Positions 42,101-57,393 of a DNA stretch of 64,000 nt are shown here, in pieces; position 1 is the first letter of the stretch; every line of letters starts with the position of its first letter. Position numbers and translations under genes: made by a program. The stretch is from the NCBI GenBank assembly GCA_964057225.1, contig OZ059900.1, forward strand, positions 3,906,001 through 3,970,000, in the 5' to 3' direction. The notes below the pieces were generated by a model that worked only from the letters and a program-made list of their open reading frames with translations, was not told the DNA's origin and ran no database searches. The DNA is from Auanema rhodensis (lineage: Eukaryota; Animalia; Nematoda).

Positions 42101-45100
42101 AATATGATCAAAATTTACAAGTATTACAGATTTTGTACCAAAAATCGGTGAGTATATGGTGTTAGAGCCATAAAAACGACCATACTTAGTGTAGTAATGC
42201 TATTAGAGTGAAATTCAGTGATTTAAACATTATTAGTGTTTTCTTAATGACTTTTGTTATCATAGACAATAAAACTATGCTTTTGATCATATATATGAGC
42301 GATTCAACCAGATAGGACTCAAAACTCGGAAATTTCAAAAATTCTTTCTATTTTCGACCTTTTTTGATCAAAATGAATAAATATCAGCGCAGACTCATGA
42401 AAATAGACTGATTTTGTGTATTGTGTGTTTGATTCTCAAATCTTAACAAATATGATCAAAATTTACGAGTATCACAGAATTTGTACCAGAAATCGGTGAG
42501 TATATGGTGTTAAAGGCAAAAAACGACCATACTTAGTGTAGTAATGCTATTTGAGCGAAATTCAGTGATTTAAACTACATTAGTGTTTAATCAATGACTT
42601 TTGTTGTCATAGACAATAAAACTATGCTTTTGATCATATATATGAGCGATTCAGCCAGATAGGACTCAAAACTCGGAAAATTCAAAAATTCTTTCTATTT
42701 TCGACCTTTTTTGATCAAAATGAATAAATATCAGTGCAAACTCGTAAAAATATACTGATTTTGTGTATTATGTGTTTGATTCTCAAATCTTAGCAAATAT
42801 GATCAAAATTTACAAGTATTACAGATTGTGTACCAAAAATCGGTGAGTATATGGTGTTAGAGGCATAAAAACGACCATACTTAGTGTAGTAATGCTATTA
42901 GAGTGAAATTCAGTGATTTAAACATTATTAGTGTTTAATTAATGACTTTTGTTGTTATAGACAATAAAACTATGCTTTTGATCATATATATGAGCGATTT
43001 ATACAAATTGGACTCAAAACTCGGAAAATTCAAAAATTCTGTCTATTTTCGACCTTTTTTGATCAAAATGAATAAATATTACTGCAAACTCATAAAAATA
43101 GACTGATTTTGTATATTGTGTGTTTGATTCTCAAATCGTAACAAATTTGATCAAAATTTACGAGTATCACAGAATTTGTTCCAAAAATCGGTGAGTATAT
43201 GGTGTTAGAGGCATAAAAACGACCATACTTAGTGTAGTAATGCTATTAGAGTGAAATTCAGTGATTTAAACATTATTAGTGTATATTTGGAGACTTTCGT
43301 TATCACAGACAATAAAACTATGCTTTTGATCATAGATATGAGCGATTTAGCCAAATTGGACTCAAAACTCGGAAAATTCAAAAATTCTTTCTATTTTCGA
43401 CCTTTTTTGATCAAAATGAATAAATATCAGTGCAGACTCATGAAAATAGACTGATTTTGTGTATTGTGTGTTTGATTCTCAAATCGTAACAAATATGATC
43501 AAAATTTACGAGTATCACAGAATTTGTACCAAAAATCGGTGAGTATATGGTGTTAAAGGCAAAAAACGACCATACTTAGTGTAGTAATGCTATTAGAGTG
43601 AAATTCAGTGATTTAAACATTATTAGTGTTTTCTTAATGACTTTTGTTGTCATAGACAATAAAACTATGCTTTTGATCATATATATGAGCGATTTAGCCA
43701 AATTGGACTCAAAACTCGGAAAATTCAAAAATTCTGTCTATTTTCGACCTTTTTTGATCAAAATGAATAAATATCAGTGCAAACTTGTAAAAATAGACTT
43801 ATTTCGTGTATTATGTGTTTGATTCTCGAATCTTAGCAAATATGATCAAAATTTACAAGTATTACAGATTTTGTACCAAAAATCGGTGAGTATATGGTGT
43901 TAGAGGCATAAAAACGACCATACTTAGTGTAGTAATGCTATTAGAGTAAAATTCAGTGATTTAAACATTATTAGTGTTCAATTAATGACTTTTGTTGTCA
44001 TAGACAATAAAACTATGCTTTTGATCATATATATGAGCGATTTAGCCAAATTGGACTCAAAACTCGAAAAATTCAAAAATTCTTTCTATTTTCGACCTTT
44101 TTTGATCAAAATGAATAAATATCAGTGCAGACTCATGAAAATAAACTGATTTTGTGTATTGTGTGTTTGATTCTCAAATCGTAACAAATATGATCAAAAT
44201 TTACGAGTATCACAGAATTTGTACCAAAAATCGGTGAGTATATGGTGTTAAAGGCAAAAAACGACCATACTTATTGTAGTAATGCTATTAGAGTGAAATT
44301 CAGTGATTTAAACATTATTAGTGTTTTCTTAATGACTTTTGTTGTCATAGACAATAAAACTATGCTTTTGATCATATATATGAGCGATTTAGCCAAATTG
44401 GACTCAAAACTCGGAAAATTCAAAAATTCTTTCTATTTTCGACCTTTTTTGATCAAAATGAATAAATATCAGTGCAAACTCATAAAAATAGACTGATTTT
44501 GTGTATTGTGTGTTTGATTCTCAAATCGTAACAAATATGATCAAAATTTACGAGTATTACAGATTTTGTACCAAAAATCGGTGAGTATATGGTGTTAGAG
44601 GCATAAAAACGACCATACTTAGTGTAGTAATGCTATTAGAGTGAAATTCAGTGATTTAAACATTATTAGTGTTTTCTTAATGACTTTTGTTGTCATAGAC
44701 AATAAAACTATGCTTTTGATCATATATATGAGCGATTTAGCCAAATTGGACTCAAAACTCGGAAAATTCAAAAATTCTGTCTATTTTCGACCTTTTTTGA
44801 TCAAAATGAATAAATATTACTGCAAACTCATAAAAATAGACTGATTTTGTATATTGTGTGTTTGATTCTCAAATCGTAACAAATTTGATCAAAATTTACG
44901 AGTATCACAGAATTTGTTCCAAAAATCGGTGAGTATATGGTGTTAGAGGCATAAAAACGACCATACTTAGTGTAGTAATGCTATTAGAGTGAAATTCAGT
45001 GATTTAAACATCATTAATGTTTAATTAATGACTTTTGTTGTCATAGACAATAAAACTATGCTTTTGATCATATATATGAGCGATTTAGCCAAATTGGACT

Positions 45101-48100
45101 CAAAACTCGGAAATTTCAAAAATGCTTTCTATTTTCGACCTTTTTTGATCAAAACGAATAAATATCAGTGCAGACTCATGAAAATAGACTGATTTTGTGT
45201 ATTGTGTGTTTGATTCTCAAATCGTAACAAATATGATCAAAATTTACGAGTATCACAGAATTTGTACCAAAAATCGGTGAGTATATGGTGTTAAAGGCGA
45301 AAAACGACCATACTTAGTGTAGTAATGCTATTTGAGCGAAATTCAGTGATTTAAACATTATTAGTGTTTAATTAATGACTTTTGTTGTTATAGACAATAA
45401 AACTATGCTTTTGATCATATATATGAGCGATTTATACAAATTGGACTCAAAACTCGGAAAATTCAAAAATTCTGTCTATTATCGACCTTTTTTGATCAAA
45501 ATGAATAAATATTAGTGCAAACTCATAAAAATAGACTGATTTTGTGTATTGTATGTTTGATTCTCGAATCTTAACAAATATGATCAAAATTTACGAGTAT
45601 CACAGAATTTGTACCAAAAATCGGTGAGTATATGGTGTTAAAGGCATAAAAATGACCATACTTAGTGTAGGAATGCATTTTGAGCGAAATTCAGTGATTT
45701 AAACATCATTAGTGTTTATTTAATGACTTTTGTTGTTATAGACAATAAAACTATGCTTTTGATCATATATATGAGCGATTTAGCCAAATTGGACTCAAAA
45801 CTCGGAAAATTCAAAAATTCTGTCTATTTTCGACCTTTTTTGATCAAAATGAATAAATATTAGTGCAAACTCATAAAATTAGACTGATTTTGTGTATTGT
45901 GTGTTTGATTCTCAAATCGTAACAAATATGATCAAAATTTACGAGTATCACAGAATTTGTACCAAAAATCGGTGAGTATATGGTGTTAAAGGTAAAAAAC
46001 GACCATACTTAGTGTAGTAATGCTATTTGAGCGAAATTCAGTGATTTAAACATCATTAGTGTTTAATCAGTGACTTTTGTTGTCATAGAAAATAAAACTA
46101 TGCTTTTGATCATAGATATGAGCGATTTAGCCAAATTGGACTCAAAACTCGGAAAATTCAAAAATTCTTTCTATTTTCGACCTTTTTTGATCAAAATGAA
46201 TAAATATCAGTGCAAACTTGTAAAAATAGACTTATTTCGTGTATTATGTGTTTGATTCTCGAATCTTAGCAAATATGATCAAAATTTACAAGTATTACAG
46301 ATTTTGTACCAAAAATCGGTGAGTATATGGTGTTAGAGCCATAAAAACGACCATACTTAGTGTAGTAATGCTATTAGAGTGAAATTCAGTGATTTAAACA
46401 TTATTAGTGTTTTCTTAATGACTTTTGTTATCATAGACAATAAAACTATGCTTTTGATCATATATATGAGCGATTCAACCAGATAGGACTCAAAACTCGG
46501 AAATTTCAAAAATTCTTTCTATTTTCGACCTTTTTTGATCAAAATGAATAAATATCAGCGCAGACTCATGAAAATAGACTGATTTTGTGTATTGTGTGTT
46601 TGATTCTCAAATCTTAACAAATATGATCAAAATTTACGAGTATCACAGAATTTGTACCAGAAATCGGTGAGTATATGGTGTTAAAGGCAAAAAACGACCA
46701 TACTTAGTGTAGTAATGCTATTTGAGCGAAATTCAGTGATTTAAACTACATTAGTGTTTAATCAATGACTTTTGTTGTCATAGACAATAAAACTATGCTT
46801 TTGATCATATATATGAGCGATTCAGCCAGATAGGACTCAAAACTCGGAAAATTCAAAAATTCTTTCTATTTTCGACCTTTTTTGATCAAAATGAATAAAT
46901 ATCAGTGCAAACTCGTAAAAATATACTGATTTTGTGTATTATGTGTTTGATTCTCAAATCTTAGCAAATATGATCAAAATTTACAAGTATTACAGATTGT
47001 GTACCAAAAATCGGTGAGTATATGGTGTTAGAGGCATAAAAACGACCATACTTAGTGTAGTAATGCTATTAGAGTGAAATTCAGTGATTTAAACATTATT
47101 AGTGTTTAATTAATGACTTTTGTTGTTATAGACAATAAAACTATGCTTTTGATCATATATATGAGCGATTTATACAAATTGGACTCAAAACTCGGAAAAT
47201 TCAAAAATTCTGTCTATTTTCGACCTTTTTTGATCAAAATGAATAAATATTACTGCAAACTCATAAAAATAGACTGATTTTGTATATTGTGTGTTTGATT
47301 CTCAAATCGTAACAAATTTGATCAAAATTTACGAGTATCACAGAATTTGTTCCAAAAATCGGTGAGTATATGGTGTTAGAGGCATAAAAACGACCATACT
47401 TAGTGTAGTAATGCTATTAGAGTGAAATTCAGTGATTTAAACATTATTAGTGTATATTTGGAGACTTTCGTTATCACAGACAATAAAACTATGCTTTTGA
47501 TCATAGATATGAGCGATTTAGCCAAATTGGACTCAAAACTCGGAAAATTCAAAAATTCTTTCTATTTTCGACCTTTTTTGATCAAAATGAATAAATATCA
47601 GTGCAGACTCATGAAAATAGACTGATTTTGTGTATTGTGTGTTTGATTCTCAAATCGTAACAAATATGATCAAAATTTACGAGTATCACAGAATTTGTAC
47701 CAAAAATCGGTGAGTATATGGTGTTAAAGGCAAAAAACGACCATACTTAGTGTAGTAATGCTATTAGAGTGAAATTCAGTGATTTAAACATTATTAGTGT
47801 TTTCTTAATGACTTTTGTTGTCATAGACAATAAAACTATGCTTTTGATCATATATATGAGCGATTTAGCCAAATTGGACTCAAAACTCGGAAAATTCAAA
47901 AATTCTGTCTATTTTCGACCTTTTTTGATCAAAATGAATAAATATCAGTGCAAACTTGTAAAAATAGACTTATTTCGTGTATTATGTGTTTGATTCTCGA
48001 ATCTTAGCAAATATGATCAAAATTTACAAGTATTACAGATTTTGTACCAAAAATCGGTGAGTATATGGTGTTAGAGGCATAAAAACGACCATACTTAGTG

Positions 48101-50441
48101 TAGTAATGCTATTAGAGTAAAATTCAGTGATTTAAACATTATTAGTGTTCAATTAATGACTTTTGTTGTCATAGACAATAAAACTATGCTTTTGATCATA
48201 TATATGAGCGATTTAGCCAAATTGGACTCAAAACTCGAAAAATTCAAAAATTCTTTCTATTTTCGACCTTTTTTGATCAAAATGAATAAATATCAGTGCA
48301 GACTCATGAAAATAAACTGATTTTGTGTATTGTGTGTTTGATTCTCAAATCGTAACAAATATGATCAAAATTTACGAGTATCACAGAATTTGTACCAAAA
48401 ATCGGTGAGTATATGGTGTTAAAGGCAAAAAACGACCATACTTATTGTAGTAATGCTATTAGAGTGAAATTCAGTGATTTAAACATTATTAGTGTTTTCT
48501 TAATGACTTTTGTTGTCATAGACAATAAAACTATGCTTTTGATCATATATATGAGCGATTTAGCCAAATTGGACTCAAAACTCGGAAAATTCAAAAATTC
48601 TTTCTATTTTCGACCTTTTTTGATCAAAATGAATAAATATCAGTGCAAACTCATAAAAATAGACTGATTTTGTGTATTGTGTGTTTGATTCTCAAATCGT
48701 AACAAATATGATCAAAATTTACGAGTATTACAGATTTTGTACCAAAAATCGGTGAGTATATGGTGTTAGAGGCATAAAAACGACCATACTTAGTGTAGTA
48801 ATGCTATTAGAGTGAAATTCAGTGATTTAAACATTATTAGTGTTTTCTTAATGACTTTTGTTGTCATAGACAATAAAACTATGCTTTTGATCATATATAT
48901 GAGCGATTTAGCCAAATTGGACTCAAAACTCGGAAAATTCAAAAATTCTGTCTATTTTCGACCTTTTTTGATCAAAATGAATAAATATTACTGCAAACTC
49001 ATAAAAATAGACTGATTTTGTATATTGTGTGTTTGATTCTCAAATCGTAACAAATTTGATCAAAATTTACGAGTATCACAGAATTTGTTCCAAAAATCGG
49101 TGAGTATATGGTGTTAGAGGCATAAAAACGACCATACTTAGTGTAGTAATGCTATTAGAGTGAAATTCAGTGATTTAAACATCATTAATGTTTAATTAAT
49201 GACTTTTGTTGTCATAGACAATAAAACTATGCTTTTGATCATATATATGAGCGATTTAGCCAAATTGGACTCAAAACTCGGAAATTTCAAAAATGCTTTC
49301 TATTTTCGACCTTTTTTGATCAAAACGAATAAATATCAGTGCAGACTCATGAAAATAGACTGATTTTGTGTATTGTGTGTTTGATTCTCAAATCGTAACA
49401 AATATGATCAAAATTTACGAGTATCACAGAATTTGTACCAAAAATCGGTGAGTATATGGTGTTAAAGGCGAAAAACGACCATACTTAGTGTAGTAATGCT
49501 ATTTGAGCGAAATTCAGTGATTTAAACATTATTAGTGTTTAATTAATGACTTTTGTTGTTATAGACAATAAAACTATGCTTTTGATCATATATATGAGCG
49601 ATTTATACAAATTGGACTCAAAACTCGGAAAATTCAAAAATTCTGTCTATTATCGACCTTTTTTGATCAAAATGAATAAATATTAGTGCAAACTCATAAA
49701 AATAGACTGATTTTGTGTATTGTATGTTTGATTCTCGAATCTTAACAAATATGATCAAAATTTACGAGTATCACAGAATTTGTACCAAAAATCGGTGAGT
49801 ATATGGTGTTAAAGGCATAAAAATGACCATACTTAGTGTAGGAATGCATTTTGAGCGAAATTCAGTGATTTAAACATCATTAGTGTTTATTTAATGACTT
49901 TTGTTGTTATAGACAATAAAACTATGCTTTTGATCATATATATGAGCGATTTAGCCAAATTGGACTCAAAACTCGGAAAATTCAAAAATTCTGTCTATTT
50001 TCGACCTTTTTTGATCAAAATGAATAAATATTAGTGCAAACTCATAAAATTAGACTGATTTTGTGTATTGTGTGTTTGATTCTCAAATCGTAACAAATAT
50101 GATCAAAATTTACGAGTATCACAGAATTTGTACCAAAAATCGGTGAGTATATGGTGTTAAAGGTAAAAAACGACCATACTTAGTGTAGTAATGCTATTTG
50201 AGCGAAATTCAGTGATTTAAACATCATTAGTGTTTAATCAGTGACTTTTGTTGTCATAGAAAATAAAACTATGCTTTTGATCATAGATATGAGCGATTTA
50301 GCCAAATTGGACTCAAAACTCGGAAAATTCAAAAATTCTTTCTATTTTCGACCTTTTTTGATCAAAATGAATAAATATCAGTGCAAACTTGTAAAAATAG
50401 ACTTATTTCGTGTATTATGTGTTTGATTCTCGAATCTTAGC

Positions 50442-53222
50442 AAATATGATCAAAATTTACAAGTATTACAGATTTTGTACCAAAAATCGGTGAGTATATG
50501 GTGTTAGAGCCATAAAAACGACCATACTTAGTGTAGTAATGCTATTAGAGTGAAATTCAGTGATTTAAACATTATTAGTGTTTTCTTAATGACTTTTGTT
50601 ATCATAGACAATAAAACTATGCTTTTGATCATATATATGAGCGATTCAACCAGATAGGACTCAAAACTCGGAAATTTCAAAAATTCTTTCTATTTTCGAC
50701 CTTTTTTGATCAAAATGAATAAATATCAGCGCAGACTCATGAAAATAGACTGATTTTGTGTATTGTGTGTTTGATTCTCAAATCTTAACAAATATGATCA
50801 AAATTTACGAGTATCACAGAATTTGTACCAGAAATCGGTGAGTATATGGTGTTAAAGGCAAAAAACGACCATACTTAGTGTAGTAATGCTATTTGAGCGA
50901 AATTCAGTGATTTAAACTACATTAGTGTTTAATCAATGACTTTTGTTGTCATAGACAATAAAACTATGCTTTTGATCATATATATGAGCGATTCAGCCAG
51001 ATAGGACTCAAAACTCGGAAAATTCAAAAATTCTTTCTATTTTCGACCTTTTTTGATCAAAATGAATAAATATCAGTGCAAACTCGTAAAAATATACTGA
51101 TTTTGTGTATTATGTGTTTGATTCTCAAATCTTAGCAAATATGATCAAAATTTACAAGTATTACAGATTGTGTACCAAAAATCGGTGAGTATATGGTGTT
51201 AGAGGCATAAAAACGACCATACTTAGTGTAGTAATGCTATTAGAGTGAAATTCAGTGATTTAAACATTATTAGTGTTTAATTAATGACTTTTGTTGTTAT
51301 AGACAATAAAACTATGCTTTTGATCATATATATGAGCGATTTATACAAATTGGACTCAAAACTCGGAAAATTCAAAAATTCTTTCTATTTTCGACCTTTT
51401 TTGATCAAAATGAATAAATATCAGTGCAAACTCATAAAAATAGACTGATTTTGTGTATTGTGTGTTTGATTCTCAAATCGTAACAAATATGATCAAAATT
51501 TACGAGTATTACAGATTTTGTACCAAAAATCGGTGAGTATATGGTGTTAGAGGCATAAAAACGACCATACTTAGTGTAGTAATGCTATTAGAGTGAAATT
51601 CAGTGATTTAAACATTATTAGTGTTTTCTTAATGACTTTTGTTGTCATAGACAATAAAACTATGCTTTTGATCATATATATGAGCGATTTAGCCAAATTG
51701 GACTCAAAACTCGGAAAATTCAAAAATTCTGTCTATTTTCGACCTTTTTTGATCAAAATGAATAAATATTACTGCAAACTCATAAAAATAGACTGATTTT
51801 GTATATTGTGTGTTTGATTCTCAAATCGTAACAAATTTGATCAAAATTTACGAGTATCACAGAATTTGTTCCAAAAATCGGTGAGTATATGGTGTTAGAG
51901 GCATAAAAACGACCATACTTAGTGTAGTAATGCTATTAGAGTGAAATTCAGTGATTTAAACATCATTAATGTTTAATTAATGACTTTTGTTGTCATAGAC
52001 AATAAAACTATGCTTTTGATCATATATATGAGCGATTTAGCCAAATTGGACTCAAAACTCGGAAATTTCAAAAATGCTTTCTATTTTCGACCTTTTTTGA
52101 TCAAAACGAATAAATATCAGTGCAGACTCATGAAAATAGACTGATTTTGTGTATTGTGTGTTTGATTCTCAAATCGTAACAAATATGATCAAAATTTACG
52201 AGTATCACAGAATTTGTACCAAAAATCGGTGAGTATATGGTGTTAAAGGCGAAAAACGACCATACTTAGTGTAGTAATGCTATTTGAGCGAAATTCAGTG
52301 ATTTAAACATTATTAGTGTTTAATTAATGACTTTTGTTGTTATAGACAATAAAACTATGCTTTTGATCATATATATGAGCGATTTATACAAATTGGACTC
52401 AAAACTCGGAAAATTCAAAAATTCTGTCTATTATCGACCTTTTTTGATCAAAATGAATAAATATTAGTGCAAACTCATAAAAATAGACTGATTTTGTGTA
52501 TTGTATGTTTGATTCTCGAATCTTAACAAATATGATCAAAATTTACGAGTATCACAGAATTTGTACCAAAAATCGGTGAGTATATGGTGTTAAAGGCATA
52601 AAAATGACCATACTTAGTGTAGGAATGCATTTTGAGCGAAATTCAGTGATTTAAACATCATTAGTGTTTATTTAATGACTTTTGTTGTTATAGACAATAA
52701 AACTATGCTTTTGATCATATATATGAGCGATTTAGCCAAATTGGACTCAAAACTCGGAAAATTCAAAAATTCTGTCTATTTTCGACCTTTTTTGATCAAA
52801 ATGAATAAATATTAGTGCAAACTCATAAAATTAGACTGATTTTGTGTATTGTGTGTTTGATTCTCAAATCGTAACAAATATGATCAAAATTTACGAGTAT
52901 CACAGAATTTGTACCAAAAATCGGTGAGTATATGGTGTTAAAGGTAAAAAACGACCATACTTAGTGTAGTAATGCTATTTGAGCGAAATTCAGTGATTTA
53001 AACATCATTAGTGTTTAATCAGTGACTTTTGTTGTCATAGAAAATAAAACTATGCTTTTGATCATAGATATGAGCGATTTAGCCAAATTGGACTCAAAAC
53101 TCGGAAAATTCAAAAATTCTTTCTATTTTCGACCTTTTTTGATCAAAATGAATAAATATCAGTGCAAACTTGTAAAAATAGACTTATTTCGTGTATTATG
53201 TGTTTGATTCTCGAATCTTAGC
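50442..53222. repeat. 8-mer deletion variant of the 12-mer HOR (4 monomers, 1390 bp missing)
   Basis: Period is 2781. The counterparts of the monomers at 47422, 47769 and 48118 are absent, and a fused monomer lies at about 51250-51590. Confidence 0.9.
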
Positions 53223-56200
53223 AAATATGATCAAAATTTACAAGTATTACAGATTTTGTACCAAAAATCGGTGAGTATATGGTGTTAGAGCCATAAAAAC
53301 GACCATACTTAGTGTAGTAATGCTATTAGAGTGAAATTCAGTGATTTAAACATTATTAGTGTTTTCTTAATGACTTTTGTTATCATAGACAATAAAACTA
53401 TGCTTTTGATCATATATATGAGCGATTCAACCAGATAGGACTCAAAACTCGGAAATTTCAAAAATTCTTTCTATTTTCGACCTTTTTTGATCAAAATGAA
53501 TAAATATCAGCGCAGACTCATGAAAATAGACTGATTTTGTGTATTGTGTGTTTGATTCTCAAATCTTAACAAATATGATCAAAATTTACGAGTATCACAG
53601 AATTTGTACCAGAAATCGGTGAGTATATGGTGTTAAAGGCAAAAAACGACCATACTTAGTGTAGTAATGCTATTTGAGCGAAATTCAGTGATTTAAACTA
53701 CATTAGTGTTTAATCAATGACTTTTGTTGTCATAGACAATAAAACTATGCTTTTGATCATATATATGAGCGATTCAGCCAGATAGGACTCAAAACTCGGA
53801 AAATTCAAAAATTCTTTCTATTTTCGACCTTTTTTGATCAAAATGAATAAATATCAGTGCAAACTCGTAAAAATATACTGATTTTGTGTATTATGTGTTT
53901 GATTCTCAAATCTTAGCAAATATGATCAAAATTTACAAGTATTACAGATTGTGTACCAAAAATCGGTGAGTATATGGTGTTAGAGGCATAAAAACGACCA
54001 TACTTAGTGTAGTAATGCTATTAGAGTGAAATTCAGTGATTTAAACATTATTAGTGTTTAATTAATGACTTTTGTTGTTATAGACAATAAAACTATGCTT
54101 TTGATCATATATATGAGCGATTTATACAAATTGGACTCAAAACTCGGAAAATTCAAAAATTCTGTCTATTTTCGACCTTTTTTGATCAAAATGAATAAAT
54201 ATTACTGCAAACTCATAAAAATAGACTGATTTTGTATATTGTGTGTTTGATTCTCAAATCGTAACAAATTTGATCAAAATTTACGAGTATCACAGAATTT
54301 GTTCCAAAAATCGGTGAGTATATGGTGTTAGAGGCATAAAAACGACCATACTTAGTGTAGTAATGCTATTAGAGTGAAATTCAGTGATTTAAACATTATT
54401 AGTGTATATTTGGAGACTTTCGTTATCACAGACAATAAAACTATGCTTTTGATCATAGATATGAGCGATTTAGCCAAATTGGACTCAAAACTCGGAAAAT
54501 TCAAAAATTCTTTCTATTTTCGACCTTTTTTGATCAAAATGAATAAATATCAGTGCAGACTCATGAAAATAGACTGATTTTGTGTATTGTGTGTTTGATT
54601 CTCAAATCGTAACAAATATGATCAAAATTTACGAGTATCACAGAATTTGTACCAAAAATCGGTGAGTATATGGTGTTAAAGGCAAAAAACGACCATACTT
54701 AGTGTAGTAATGCTATTAGAGTGAAATTCAGTGATTTAAACATTATTAGTGTTTTCTTAATGACTTTTGTTGTCATAGACAATAAAACTATGCTTTTGAT
54801 CATATATATGAGCGATTTAGCCAAATTGGACTCAAAACTCGGAAAATTCAAAAATTCTGTCTATTTTCGACCTTTTTTGATCAAAATGAATAAATATCAG
54901 TGCAAACTTGTAAAAATAGACTTATTTCGTGTATTATGTGTTTGATTCTCGAATCTTAGCAAATATGATCAAAATTTACAAGTATTACAGATTTTGTACC
55001 AAAAATCGGTGAGTATATGGTGTTAGAGGCATAAAAACGACCATACTTAGTGTAGTAATGCTATTAGAGTGAAATTCAGTGATTTAAACATTATTAGTGT
55101 TCAATTAATGACTTTTGTTGTCATAGACAATGAAACTATGCTTTTGATCATATATATGAGCGATTTAGCCAAATTGGACTCAAAACTCGAAAAATTCAAA
55201 AATTCTTTCTATTTTCGACCTTTTTTGATCAAAATGAATAAATATCAGTGCAGACTCATGAAAATAAACTGATTTTGTGTATTGTGTGTTTGATTCTCAA
55301 ATCGTAACAAATATGATCAAAATTTACGAGTATCACAGAATTTGTACCAAAAATCGGTGAGTATATGGTGTTAAAGGCAAAAAACGACCATACTTAGTGT
55401 AGTAATGCTATTAGAGTGAAATTCAGTGATTTAAACATTATTAGTGTTTTCTTAATGACTTTTGTTGTCATAGACAATAAAATTATGCTTTTGATCATAT
55501 ATATGAGCGATTTAGCCAAATTGGACTCAAAACTCGGAAAATTCAAAAATTCTTTCTATTTTCGACCTTTTTTGATCAAAATGAATAAATATCAGTGCAA
55601 ACTCATAAAAATAGACTGATTTTGTGTATTGTGTGTTTGATTCTCAAATCGTAACAAATATGATCAAAATTTACGAGTATTACAGATTTTGTACCAAAAA
55701 TCGGTGAGTATATGGTGTTAGAGGCATAAAAACGACCATACTTAGTGTAGTAATGCTATTAGAGTGAAATTCAGTGATTTAAACATTATTAGTGTTTTCT
55801 TAATGACTTTTGTTGTCATAGACAATAAAACTATGCTTTTGATCATATATATGAGCGATTTAGCCAAATTGGACTCAAAACTCGGAAAATTCAAAAATTC
55901 TGTCTATTTTCGACCTTTTTTGATCAAAATGAATAAATATTACTGCAAACTCATAAAAATAGACTGATTTTGTATATTGTGTGTTTGATTCTCAAATCGT
56001 AACAAATTTGATCAAAATTTACGAGTATCACAGAATTTGTTCCAAAAATCGGTGAGTATATGGTGTTAGAGGCATAAAAACGACCATACTTAGTGTAGTA
56101 ATGCTATTAGAGTGAAATTCAGTGATTTAAACATCATTAATGTTTAATTAATGACTTTTGTTGTCATAGACAATAAAACTATGCTTTTGATCATATATAT

Positions 56201-57393
56201 GAGCGATTTAGCCAAATTGGACTCAAAACTCGGAAATTTCAAAAATGCTTTCTATTTTCGACCTTTTTTGATCAAAACGAATAAATATCAGTGCAGACTC
56301 ATGAAAATAGACTGATTTTGTGTATTGTGTGTTTGATTCTCAAATCGTAACAAATATGATCAAAATTTACGAGTATCACAGAATTTGTACCAAAAATCGG
56401 TGAGTATATGGTGTTAAAGGCGAAAAACGACCATACTTAGTGTAGTAATGCTATTTGAGCGAAATTCAGTGATTTAAACATTATTAGTGTTTAATTAATG
56501 ACTTTTGTTGTTATAGACAATAAAACTATGCTTTTGATCATATATATGAGCGATTTATACAAATTGGACTCAAAACTCGGAAAATTCAAAAATTCTGTCT
56601 ATTATCGACCTTTTTTGATCAAAATGAATAAATATTAGTGCAAACTCATAAAAATAGACTGATTTTGTGTATTGTATGTTTGATTCTCGAATCTTAACAA
56701 ATATGATCAAAATTTACGAGTATCACAGAATTTGTACCAAAAATCGGTGAGTATATGGTGTTAAAGGCATAAAAATGACCATACTTAGTGTAGGAATGCA
56801 TTTTGAGCGAAATTCAGTGATTTAAACATCATTAGTGTTTATTTAATGACTTTTGTTGTTATAGACAATAAAACTATGCTTTTGATCATATATATGAGCG
56901 ATTTAGCCAAATTGGACTCAAAACTCGGAAAATTCAAAAATTCTGTCTATTTTCGACCTTTTTTGATCAAAATGAATAAATATTAGTGCAAACTCATAAA
57001 ATTAGACTGATTTTGTGTATTGTGTGTTTGATTCTCAAATCGTAACAAATATGATCAAAATTTACGAGTATCACAGAATTTGTACCAAAAATCGGTGAGT
57101 ATATGGTGTTAAAGGTAAAAAACGACCATACTTAGTGTAGTAATGCTATTTGAGCGAAATTCAGTGATTTAAACATCATTAGTGTTTAATCAGTGACTTT
57201 TGTTGTCATAGAAAATAAAACTATGCTTTTGATCATAGATATGAGCGATTTAGCCAAATTGGACTCAAAACTCGGAAAATTCAAAAATTCTTTCTATTTT
57301 CGACCTTTTTTGATCAAAATGAATAAATATCAGTGCAAACTTGTAAAAATAGACTTATTTCGTGTATTATGTGTTTGATTCTCGAATCTTAGC

